This document shows, piece after piece, positions 52,232 through 64,000 of a DNA stretch of 64,000 nucleotides (position 1 is its first letter; the number at the start of each line of letters is the position of its first letter). The notes under the pieces were generated by a model that saw only the letters and a program-made list of their open reading frames with translations, ran no database searches and had not been told where the DNA came from. Source of the DNA: Octopus sinensis (lineage: Eukaryota). Both the position numbers and the translations under genes were made by a program. The stretch spans positions 35,960,001 through 36,024,000 of the forward strand of contig NC_043001.1 of assembly GCF_006345805.1 (NCBI RefSeq). The letters run 5' to 3'.

Positions 52232-52620
52232 GCGCAGGAGTGACTGTGTGGTAAGTAGCTTGCTTACCAACCACATGGTTCCGGTTTTATTCCCACTGCG
52301 TGGCACCTTGGGCAAGTGTCTTCTACTATAGCCTCGGGCCGAGGCTTTAGTAGACGGAAACTGAAAGAAGCCCGTCGTATATATGTATATATATACATGA
52401 ATGTGTGTATATATGTTAGTATATCTGTGTTTGTCCCCCCAGCATCGCTTAACCGATGGTCGTGTGTTTACGTCCTTGTAACTTAGCGTTTCGGCAAAAG
52501 ACACCGATAGAATAAGTACTAGGCTTACAAAGAATAAGTCCTGGGGTCGATTTGCGCGACTAAATGCGGTGCTCCAGCATGGCCACAGTCAAATGACTGA
52601 AGCAAGTAAAAGAGTAAAAA
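52232..52620 (+). mobile_element. SINE family A, full length
   Basis: A/B boxes, linker, 3' hairpin and tail. Confidence 0.92.
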
Positions 52621-53507
52621 GAGAAAGAGAAAAAGAGAACACTCATCGACAATGAAAATTCACGGAAAAGGTATAATTCTGAGTCAGTATTTCCTTTTTA
52701 AACATGGTTAACAGTAAAATATTAAGCCAAAAATGACATTTTATCAGAATTTTTATCGGTAATATTTGCCCAAAGAGCATCATATTTGCCCAACGACAGC
52801 GTGAAAGTATATGAAATGAACTAAGTTGCTTAAAACTGGAAAATATTGCTTCCAACGAGTTACATGTTTTAGCATTTTCAGTATCTTATACTGCAGAAGT
52901 AACCATTGAAAGTGCTATACAGAGTAACTTACATGAAATGCTATTAACTGCTTTGGGACATTACAACTCATCTAATTTTATGTTTAATTATTCAGTACAT
53001 TTAGATACATACTACCCGACTCAGTCATTTACAAGTAAATTTATAGCTTTCATTGTGAGTAACTAACTAGCATGAAATATTTAAGAAAAAAATAATTCAC
53101 CAACAGATACGATGCTTTCATACATGTTTAATAAAAATGTGCTCCCTTATATCAAAGTCAAAAATGTTTAACATCTACACAATCTCCAACATTATATAAA
53201 TACATAGATATAAATAGATAGAGAGAGAGAGAGAGAATTTCTTTATTCACCATAAGGTTGAGAAAAAGAGGGGACAATACGGGCACAGACAAAGCAAACG
53301 TTGGGGTCATGGTATCGAATGTGATGAAACGTATGAATAAACAAACAATTAAAATATATACAATTAAATGAGAATGAGTGATTAACAAAAAATGAAGCTG
53401 AGGACGCGGTTGACCCCACAAACCACATACTCACACTGAAGACTTTGCTTTCTCCTTTGAGAGAAAGAGACAGACAGACAGACAGACAGACAGGCAGGCA
53501 GGCAGGC

Positions 53508-53538
<31 letters not shown>

Positions 53539-54239
53539 TAGATTTGTATATACATACATATACATACACACACCAGTATACACGATGTGTCTTATTTTTA
53601 TTGAGAGCTGTGTTAGTCACTGCAGTATTGAATATATCAAGCTGGTCTTAATCTTAAGATCGCATTTCTGTTCATATCCGCTTCGTGGTAGGTAAGTCTC
53701 TCCTGCCCCACCACTCTCCATCACTCATTAAACATATGTCAAACATACTAGGTAAAAATGTGTGTACACGAGCATGCAGCTTTTTTTACTTATTTATGAA
53801 TGCAGTTATTTATTTATCTAGCTATTTCATAAAACAGTACTCAAGAAAAAAGCTGCAGCTTCTTACTTACGAACACAAAATTACTGCTAAGTAAAGAAAA
53901 ATTGATATACCACGGTATTTAGTTTTATCTTATGACTAGTCTCAGTATAAGGCGACTTGTTGAAAGCAAGAAATGCGATCTGGTCGAGATTTGCCTGAAC
54001 AGCGTTGTCCCAGTGGAAATATTAAACAGACATCCATCGACACGGAATCTCAGCTGTTAGTAGTCTTGAAGGATGCGTTCATTACGTATTTAATAGTACT
54101 AACAAAGCTGGAGTTACCTGACACATCAATTAGGTAATGTACACGTGTTCAAAGCTTCTGTCGTATCTAATGGACTGATACGTACTGTATGTGTGCGTGT
54201 GCGATTGTGTATGCTCACCCTCATATGCATGCTTTTATA

Positions 54240-54461
54240 TCTTTTATCATTCATTTGTTTTAGTCATTGGACTGCAGCCGTGCTGGGGCAAGGCCTTCAA
54301 GAGTTTTAGTCGAAAATATCGACCCCAGTACTTATTTTAAAGCTTGGAACTCATTTTATCGGACTCTATTGCCGAGTTGCTAGTTTACGAGGTGGTAAAC
54401 AAAGCAGTCTTGGTTGTGATGGGATTGGGGGCAATAGCAAAAGACACTTGCCCAAGGTGCC
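54240..54461 (-). mobile_element. SINE family A, old internally deleted copy
   Basis: Tail TTTTAGTCATTGGACTGCAGCCGTGCTGG and body AAGACACTTGCCCAAGGTGCC. Confidence 0.7.
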
Positions 54462-54467
54462 TATATA

Positions 54468-54833
54468 CAAGGTGTGCAAAAGTAGGTATACAGTATGCAT
54501 CATATCAATGTTATAATACTCAATTCATACGTAAGTGTACAATCACACATGCACATGAATATTGATCAGAATCACCAAGAACTATGTTCTATGAAATGCC
54601 ATAGAAGTGGCAGAGTATTCCAGGCACACGTGTACCCTAATGCAATTCTCACGCACATTAAATTACTTAACCTCATTTTTGATATTTTCAGTGTCATTAA
54701 TCATAATAATACAATTATCATAACTGTAATAACATTTTCATCCTAGCTTTTAGTTATTTTTTTAATAAAAATAAATGAATATTGTACGTGTTTTCTTTTT
54801 TCATAACTGTACATCTACTTTTGCACCACCCTG
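54468..54833. mobile_element. Tc1/mariner-type MITE
   Basis: TA|CAAGGT-GTGCAAAAGTAGGTATACAG versus TA|CAGGGTGGTGCAAAAGTAGATGTACAG (reverse complement); TA at both ends. Confidence 0.85.
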
Positions 54834-55601
54834 TATATGCATTACTTGTATTAGCGCCGACACTCTAGCTATAGAAATAACACCCACAACCCTTTTAAAA
54901 TAATTAAATAATGACCCTATACTTTAGAAATAATAAACCGAAATAATGTCGCTTCAGCACCGTTTTTCATAGTCCTACATGATCAAAGATAACCTGGAGG
55001 AAAGATAACAACAACAATATAACCTGATACATGTACTTATTACTAATAATTCATTCAGTTCGTTTTACTGCCAAATGTTTTGCGGTAATATTAGAAAAAA
55101 ACCTTATCGTACTGTGGTTATGAAGAACAATAGATTTGGATATGACAATAAATGCTTCAATTTCTGCAATTAAGAGGAGAGAATGAAGTAGGAATGGCAA
55201 CGGGTGGTAAAACTAGTATTACATTCAGACAGAGAGCAAATATCCGGATTGATAAAAATCTATCAATGGTTTCTGCACTACATCGTCCTGCCGGAAGAAT
55301 CCTTGTCACTTTCTCTGAATATATGTATGTATGTATGTGTGTATAAGGAAGGCGTGTGGCCTTGCAATTAAGGAGTTCGGCTCACGAACGGAAAGTCGTG
55401 GGTTCGATTCCTTAACCATGTGCGTTGGTCCTCTCTACACGGTTGAAAATTAATACTATATACACACATATACATATGTATGTAGGAACATACGTATATG
55501 TATACAACCTGATTGTGTATGCGTATATGTTGGCATATAAAGGTATATATGCAAACATGTATGTATATACATATATATAAAAATATTTTTATACATATAT
55601 A

Positions 55602-55657
<56 letters not shown>

Positions 55658-58319
55658 TTATACATATGTATATATATTTATACATATATATATACACATA
55701 AACACACATATATATATACATGTAGTTGTGTGTATTAGTGAGCAAGGCCATTCACCGAATATCTATTCAAGAATTTGGGTGAACATGCTATAGGTCATAG
55801 CGAAAGCCGTGAGGCATAGACCAGCAGAATGAAGAAAACCAGATGTCTATTAAGATGATATGCAAGTCTTATTCAATCTAATCAGAGAGCACGTGACCAA
55901 TAACATAATCAGGCTGATGAAAACAAACATAGCTCAAATTGCGACACGTCAGCTATCAGACGACTTGGCTCTCTTCTCTCTCTCTCTATCATCTTCATTT
56001 CTTCTCTCTTTTCTTTACACACACGCACATTCCCTCTTCTTGGTTTTTTTTTTCATTCCCTGTAAATGCATGTGCATACACATATTGTCTGTATGCTTGC
56101 ATATTACTTTCACACGTACACATATATCCGTATGTAGTTTTCGCTAATTATTTTATGTCTGTATGTTGTTGTGAGTAGAGATAGACACCAGCTCGGCCCT
56201 CCTAACCTTGACCTAGTATGTGCCATCTAGACAGATCAAGGACTGCACTGTCAGTCAACTGAGATTCATTTCAATACAATTGCATAGTGGAGAAAGCGAA
56301 ATGGTGAGTGATCCTTAGAGAAAACAGAAGAAAGAGAAAGGGAAAGAAAAGCAGAACACCAAAAAATGTTTTATTCAGAATCGAAACTTGATTTAGTGAC
56401 ATACATAAATTAATAATATTAAAGAGGTTGTTTTTGGTAAAGAAGAGTGAGTTTTAGGTGAGTGAAGTAACTGTAACAACTATTATATCAAAGTAAATTA
56501 AAATGAAGTATGCCTGACGTGGATGTGTGTATGTGGGAGAAACGGTTTATGCGATGTATGTACTCTTAAGTATGAAGTGCGTGCGAAATGTGGACAGGGA
56601 AAAAAAACCAATGGATGAAATGTATTGTATGCATGTATATAAGTTTAAGGTCTCAATCACATCACTTCTACGAGCCAACCTCACGTTCATCTCATCGTCT
56701 GCGTGACTATACAGCACATGCTACCCTATCTCATCTTGAACTGCAGTTATCCATCTGCATAAGCACTGCAGCTCTTCCATTGACGACTACCTTGATTTTC
56801 ACTAAAACACCACCACACACATTATACGCCATTTTGTTTTTGTTACTCAGACAAACACATGCATTCAATACTACTCTCTTTTCTACCAATATATCCAGAA
56901 AATATATTAGCGCTTACCCAACACACAGCCGCACCTTTAGACAAGGACGTTATGAACACAGCGCTAATTCCATGTCTTACTCATCCTTAACACACAATTT
57001 CACAAAACCATGTTCACACACTAAATTCGTACTCACACTCATATAAATATGCTTCCCGTCAGCACATTTTCACACCCACACAACATACAAATACAAACAC
57101 TCGACATCACCTTCTCTAACATGTAGTTATTCAGTTATACATACTTCACCACTCGTCCACCATACAAACGTACCTGCATAATCATATATTGTGACGCTTT
57201 GCACACACCACCACTGACACGTCATCACACACACACATCCATAAAGATACTTCACACAAACATTTCACTCCACAATATACTCCAATGTTCATTATACGTG
57301 CACAAGTCATTCACACTTCTTTTCACCATTTCACTACATCCTCCAAAGCTTTCACGTTTATGTTCTTTGCACCCCACTCACTTTGGTTCGTCCAAAAGCA
57401 ACTTTCTTATCCCATTGCTTCTAGGCCGCTCAAGCATGTTGCATCTTGAAAGCCTATTGCATATTTCCCCTCCATTTTTACTTCCCGACAAAGAGCTACT
57501 GTCCGAAATACCGATTTATCTTCCTTTCCTGGAAAGCTTAATTGTATTGACGCTCTAAACTTCCTTTTTTCCATGTCTCTTTGTTTTGTTTTATCTCCCT
57601 GGATATCAATCAGCTCTTTATTAACTACTGCACTGTTACAGATTTACAATGGATATACAGCTGGAGAAGTGTAATATAGATATTATATAACACACATACA
57701 CACTATAAAACATTTATATTCTTATTATTTTCATTACGCTTCTTGTCGATTTTTCTGTTTATTTCAGTCTGCAGTCAGCCTATACTATTAAGAAAGCGAA
57801 AGCCCAAAATATTTTCGCCATATTGAAAACTGGTCAATAGCAGATGTGACAGATAAGACTGACGTCACCGTTTGATGACAAGTTGCTCTGTTTACATCTT
57901 TATCTATCTACAACCTTCTTATAACGGATAAGGTTGATAGTATGATTCACAGATAAATTAAAACTTACCCGCAGAAAACGATTTTATTCGCTTCAGCAGC
58001 ACAGTTACACACTCACACACACACACTAATTACAGCCGAGTGTTTTCTCTCTCGTCTTTTACCTCATTACATCTCTTCTGGTATCGCTGTTTACAGCATT
58101 GTTCTTAATTCTCTTTCTATATCTTTACATATTCGCAATCTATAATCTTGTATTCTTTCGGCTATTCATCCTCCCTCCCTTTCTCTTTCTCTCTATATAT
58201 ATTTCCTATACTTCATTCTCTGTTGTTCCCCTACTTCTTTTTGCTGCTTTTTCAGTTTGACTTTCTTTCTCTCGGTGTCTCTCCCCCACTTCTTGCCATC
58301 TTTACTCTCTCGCCCCTTC

Positions 58320-58600
58320 TCTCATCCCCTCTTCTAGACATCTTTGCTCTCTCTCTCTCGATCTCTCTCCCTCTCTAATCTTTCTTCTCCCTTCTCTCTC
58401 TCTCTTTCTCTCTCTCCCTCTTACCATCTTTGCTCGCTCCCTCCTCCCTCTCTCTCTGCTTGCCATATTTGCTCGTTCCGTCCCCCTCTCACTCTTTCTC
58501 TCACTCCCCCCTCTCCCCTCTCTCTCTCTCACTTTCTTTCTTTCTCTCTCTCTCTCGCTCTCTTTCTCCTTCTCTCCCCTCTCTCTCTCTCTCACACATA
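58320..58600. repeat. (CT)n-rich polypyrimidine tract
   Basis: Direct observation. Confidence 0.9.
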
Positions 58601-60102
58601 CATATCTTTCTTGATTCGATGTAACTCCAGCCATTGTGGCTTAGTTTATATTTTCAGGTCAATGGCTATCCCGAAATCGATGCTAATCAAACATGACAAG
58701 TTCTCTTATCACCAAAGTACAACATCATCATCCCCACCAGTACGTCCAACATCAACGCCACCATTCCTATTACTACAACCAGCAGCAGCAGCAGCACCAC
58801 CACCACCACCATCATCACCACCATCATCATCACCCTGGCTAGTATCGATATTTTTATCATCACTGTCAACATCGTCAGTATCATCATTATTATAATCAAT
58901 GTTCTGAAAACAACCCACAATCACCAACATGAACATGTTCATGAAATTATAAACAACAGGAAATTATAGAAATAACAATATAGATGTTAAATATGGATAA
59001 AAGCTTGCTGATTATAGAGCGAATGTCAGATCTTTACTGCATTTTGCTTATTTTCTTCTCTTCTTACTAAGCTTCAGTCACTTTACACAACTTTACATGA
59101 AATGTGTGTTAGGTTACTTATCTCTAAGTCAAGTCAACTTGTTTATGTATATAAAGATACCAATTTAGAGTAATACTGGTATATGGTACACAGATGTAAG
59201 CATAAATCATATGCGTGTGTGAGAGTGCAAGTAGTCAGGCATAATTTCAGGATTAATCCTATTTAAGGCAAGTAAATGTTTCACACCTTTAAATACATCA
59301 TCGTCTCATGGAGCAACTAATTTATCTGTTTGTAGATCTAGCAGTAGGGTATCTATATTTCTGTTCCCTTATTTTCTCGATTATCTTTCTACAACATTCA
59401 GGGCTGGCTGAAATTGCTGTGCTAGCGGGCGACACGTCATGTGTTTGGGATCTCTCAAATACAAAGAGGGAGTGGATGTTAAAATAAATAAAATTAAATA
59501 TAAATAAAATGTGAAAATTCCTTGAGTGGAGTCAAGCTTATTCTAAAACGTTGCGTAGGTGAGCGAGAGAGTGGAAAATAAGGAGTGAACTAAATATTGC
59601 CAAAATAATTATTTCCTGAAGATGTAAAGCTTCCGATAGAAGCCGTTAGATTCATCAACAGTAATAAGTTACAGTGTGCCATATCAAATCTGTAGATTAC
59701 ATTAAGAATAATGCTCACAATATCTATTAATTCAGGTCACAGTAAAGAGAGGATTCGGTAAGGTACGGTTTGTGAAAGATATATTTATGGCCTCGAAGAG
59801 GCAAGACATATCAAAATACCAACAGAAAATGAGGTTTTAAAGAAGTTTTAAAACAATTGATACAGAAATCGCCATGAAAATTATTGCGAGTCTAAAGCGG
59901 AGAAAATATGTTTAGGTAATGTATGGCTTTCGCCATCTGTTTTATGGGTAACATATTCTTTAATTTATTTGGATAAAATTAGTTACATCTATAGAAGCTG
60001 AGTGTTACCTTCGGACTTACTCTCAGCCACTCGTCTCTGCACAGTGTTTGTTTATAATTAAAGATCATTTCCAGTGATTACTCTTTTTATATATATATAT
60101 AT

Positions 60103-60174
<72 letters not shown>

Positions 60175-60251
60175 TCTTTCCCTCACGAAATGTCGAAATT
60201 TGAAAATGTTTCTGCTGTGATGATTATGCTCTTATATATACATATATATTG

Positions 60252-60643
60252 AGGCGGCGAGCTGGCAGAAACGTTAGCACGCCGGGCGAAATGCGTAGCC
60301 GTATTCCGTCTGCCGTTACGTTCTGAGTTCAAATTCCGCCGAGGTCGACTTTCATCCTTTCGGGGTCGATAAATTAAGTACCAGTTACGCATTGGAATCG
60401 ATGTAATCGACTTAATCCGTTTGTCCTCTCTGTGTTTAGCCCCCTGTGAGTAGTAAAGAAATAGGTATTTCGTCTGTCATTACGTTCTGAGTTCAAATTC
60501 CGCCGAGGTCGACTTTTGCCTTTCATCCTTTCGGGGTCGATAAATAAAGTACCAGTTTCGCACTGGGGTCGATGTAATCGACTTAATCCCTTTGTCTGTC
60601 CTTGTTTGTCCCCTCTATGTTTAGCCCCTTGTGGGCAGTAAAG

Positions 60644-60648
<5 letters not shown>
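60252..60648 (+). mobile_element. SINE family B head-to-tail dimer (X-X)
   Basis: Full head AGGCGGCGAGCTGGCAGAAACG, junction at 60463/60464, second tail runs into (TA)n. Confidence 0.9.
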
Positions 60649-60697
<49 letters not shown>

Positions 60698-62101
60698 GCG
60701 CACTCGCTCGCGCACATACAGGGCAACGAGCAAACCGCTAGATGATCGCTCGAACTACTAGAAATCGCAGCTAAATCGTCTTTTAAACTAATTACAAGGA
60801 ACTAATTCGAAAATATAAACAAAACCTTGACAAAATGGCTAAAACTAGGATAAAGTCGTATAAGTGAGAAAGGACCCACTGGAAAATGTAATCCGCGATA
60901 ACCGTGCTTGAAAAATTAGATGGTCTGTTCACTACTGAAACACCTTTGATTAATTGTCTGTTTGAGCAGGCCTGGCACAAAAATATCAAAAGCGACAAGG
61001 CCTCTTAATCATATTATGTAATAATGGAATGTCGAAATTCTACAGACATTCATGCATTTCTCGACAGTACTGAAGATATAGTGAAATGAACTATTTCTAA
61101 TTGCAGTCAAAAACTAGGCCAAATACCCTATGGTGCTCGAAACATATCTCTTCAAAATGACACCTGCCACGCCTGAGAACCACAATTCACACTGGTTCAA
61201 TGAAATTCAACCTCTTCTAGTATGTAAATTAATTCCGTGTCAAAAGTAAGTTTCAACGGGGGAAAAAAAAAAGAAATAAATTCCAAAATATATTTTTGAA
61301 GGCAAAAGATATACATTGAAAATTATAAGCTCGCACTTACATGAAAATTTAAAATAGTGCAATGATAAATATAAAAAGAAAACGTAAAAAATAATAGACC
61401 ATTTCAAAAAGAACTCTATTTTTAAGATAGAAGACATTTATAAATAATTTTCTTTTAGTGCTTATTATTGTTGTTGTCATTTATATTTCATTTTATTTCA
61501 GTGCGATATTATTAATCAATTTTATCAGTTGTCGAAAGTGAAAATTAAACATTGACAAAAATAAAATATAAATGCTAACCAACGTAGCCTGTCATCGTCT
61601 TCATTGCAACTTTCATCAACAAAATTGCTGTTCTTATCAGCAATTTATTGATGTTTTGTTTCTAATGAAATAATAATTGGATATCTCGGAAAATGAGATT
61701 CTAATAATGCACATAATGTTGAAAAATATTATGGCCAGCTATTACTGACACTATCAATTTTTATAGCACCACTGCTTGTACTGTTGGTACTTCGTCACAC
61801 AAGCTTCGATACTGACGCCACCAACAAAGACGCTGTACCTGCAAGAAGGAGCAGTCAGATTTCCATTTATTCACACGTTATTGTCTTTAGAACAAGTGAC
61901 ATATTTTACCGTGAGGTCCTAGAGATGTAAAATGATGTAATGTTCACAGCTTAAAATTCCGTGACTATAGGTTTGTTAAAATACGGATAGCTAAGAGCTA
62001 AACTATTATTGCTACCGCTACAACAACCAGTGCTATTATTTTATGATTTTATGAGATGCTACGGTTGTTTTTTAAGAAAAATCAAGAAGCAGAGTAATGG
62101 G

Positions 62102-62392
62102 GAGGAGAAGAAGGAGAAGAAGAAGAAGAAGAAGAAGAAGAAGAAGAAGAAGAAGAAGAAGAAGAAGAAGAAGAAGAAGAAGAAGAAGAAGAAGAAGAAG
62201 AAGATGATGATGAAGATGAAGATGATGAAGATGATGAAGATGAAGATGATGAAGATGATGATGAAGAAGATGAAGATGATGATGAAGATGAAGGTGATGA
62301 AGATGATGAAGAAGATGATGAAGATGAAGAAGATGATGAAGATGATGACGATGAAGATGATGAAGATGACGACGACGATGATGATGATGATC
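62102..62392. repeat. Graded (GAA)n to (GAA/GAT) to (GAT)n trinucleotide array
   Basis: Direct observation; the triplet phase is kept throughout. Confidence 0.97.
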
Positions 62393-62639
62393 ACAGAATA
62401 AAGAGAGAAGTATTAATAAGACTATAGTGTCGAGAAAAATTTATTTAAGAAAATCTCTCCTAATCCTTCTTTGGTTATAATTTGAAATAGCTGTAATTAG
62501 AAATGTTACGTTAATGATTCATACATCTGGTTAATGCAGGGACTATCATAACATCATAGTTAGATATGTTGTGTATAGAGTCTGTGACGAGCGCGAGTTC
62601 TAGTTTTTCTTTCATTTTTAATTGATTTCTAACATATGC

Positions 62640-62810
62640 ACAGAGGCAACAGAATAGGTTACATGAAGGAGGATAACTGGACAGAAATTTCTGAGTGGAC
62701 GAGGCATGTCCCTAGCCATCTCCAAGGAACAGACGCCATTACAGTAGCAGAAGAAAACAAAGAGAGAGGAAACAGCAAAGCAGGCATCGACAGGGTCGAA
62801 CTCAACATCA
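62640..62810 (+). mobile_element. Possible RTE-type LINE C-terminal remnant
   Basis: RIGYMKEDNWTEISEWT and KAGIDRVEL loosely resemble the RTE tail GHVARMxDNRWTKxITEW...AQDRxEW; very degraded. Confidence 0.45.
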
Positions 62811-62833
62811 GTTTTATAATATTTGTAAAGATA

Positions 62834-63025
62834 GGCGTAGGAGTGGCTGTGTGGTAAGTAGCTTGTTTACGAACCACATGGCTCCGGGTTCTGTCCGCAC
62901 TGCGTGGCACCTTGGGCAAGTGTCTTCTACTATATCCTCGGTCCGACCAAAGCCTTGTGAGTGGATTTGGTAGACGGAAACTGAAAGAAGCCCGTCGTAT
63001 ATATGTGTATATATATATATATATA

Positions 63026-63065
<40 letters not shown>

Positions 63066-63240
63066 CTTGTGTGCCAGTGTTTACATCCCCGTAACTTAGT
63101 GGTTCGGCCAAAGAGACCGGTAGAATAAGTACTAGGCTTACAAACAATACGTTCTGGGGTCGATTTGCTCGACTAAAGGCGGTGCTCCAGCATGGCCACA
63201 GTCAAATGACTGAAACAAGAAAAAGAGAGTAAAGAGAGTA
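62834..63240 (+). mobile_element. SINE family A, full length
   Basis: A/B boxes, expanded (TA)(TG) linker, 3' hairpin and AAGAGAGT tail. Confidence 0.93.
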
Positions 63241-64000
63241 TATCGGAGCATATGTTGCCAACACATATGAACTCATTTCTGTGATCAGCACTTTATCTGG
63301 TAAATCATAACCAATGTAGTTTACTCGGAGGCCATTCTGTTTTGACTTGACTGCATTTTTTATTTTATCTTATTTATTAACACATAGTTCCTGTGCAATG
63401 GCCAGAAATTGCCTTTCTTCATAGACTTCTGAACTAACATTAAGCTAGATCTAGTATTAAGTATTAAGTATTCCTGATTCGATTTTTCTACCGATTTATA
63501 GGCTGTTGACCATGTACTGGTTTCTCTCGTCATGTTTTAAAGAAATTTTGTATCAATGCTAATTATTTCTTAACTTCCTTCGTAGCCTCCATTGATTCAT
63601 TTTCTCTTGATATCCATCCATTTAGTGCATTTTAAAATGGAAAATAGAAAAAAAAAAAAGAATTACATTTGTCACTTCTTTAGCTATTTGTATTAATTTA
63701 CTGCTACTTGCTGTTAAATATCTTCGTAAAGCTTACTGCGGTAGCAAAATTAATGTCTTACACGCAACAAATCAATTTTACCATGAGACGTCATTTTATA
63801 ACGAGAAGAGAGAGAAAGAGTAAAATAGAAAAACGAATGTTGTTCAGAATTCTGAATTCAGTTAAATGATGGACTATGCAATTGTTAGAACAGCTATTAA
63901 ATTCAAATAAATAACAGAAATCTGTGTGGTATTGCGTTCATGTACGAATGTTTCACTGTGTGTCTGAGTGTATGTTTGGAAGGATAGTGTGTGGAGTAGT

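Noticed and set aside
3080-55000. Scattered ATCAAAG TCF/LEF-like motifs, attractive because PTK7 acts in Wnt signalling
   Set aside because: The few seen are no more than expected by chance for an AT-rich 7-mer over 64 kb, and they are not clustered.
57963-58030. Strong minus-strand donor GCGG|GTAAGT at 57969
   Set aside because: The phase-1 frame hits an upstream TAA with no ATG and no signal peptide; it could only be a non-coding exon, for which there is no evidence.
62009-62401. 130-aa K/M-rich ORF
   Set aside because: Translation of the GAA/GAT array; no independent coding evidence.

Overview
AT-rich, microsatellite- and retroposon-dense eukaryotic genomic DNA; the repeat families look like those of Octopus (my inference, not a database result). 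Only one host coding exon is supported: a 297-nt minus-strand exon (7946-8242) with canonical splice sites encoding the first Ig domain of a PTK7/off-track-like receptor. Neither neighbouring exon was found, so most of the window is probably large introns or upstream DNA of that gene. The rest is tRNA-headed SINEs (working labels A, B, C), LINE remnants (R4/Dong-like, CR1/L2-like, RTE-like), hAT- and Tc1/mariner-type MITEs and simple repeats. No prokaryotic features, CRISPR arrays, rRNA or real tRNA genes are seen, and nearly all ORF-track entries are microsatellite or SINE artefacts. Most interesting: (1) five copies of a 130-210 bp element carrying a minimal type I hammerhead-ribozyme fold, with a compensatory helix change and a recurrent U6 core variant; (2) SINE-B head-to-tail multimers with an invariant junction, two of them bounded by a single target-site duplication; (3) a 259-bp two-age fold-back at 41 kb; (4) a LINE 3' end resembling the SINE-A tail.
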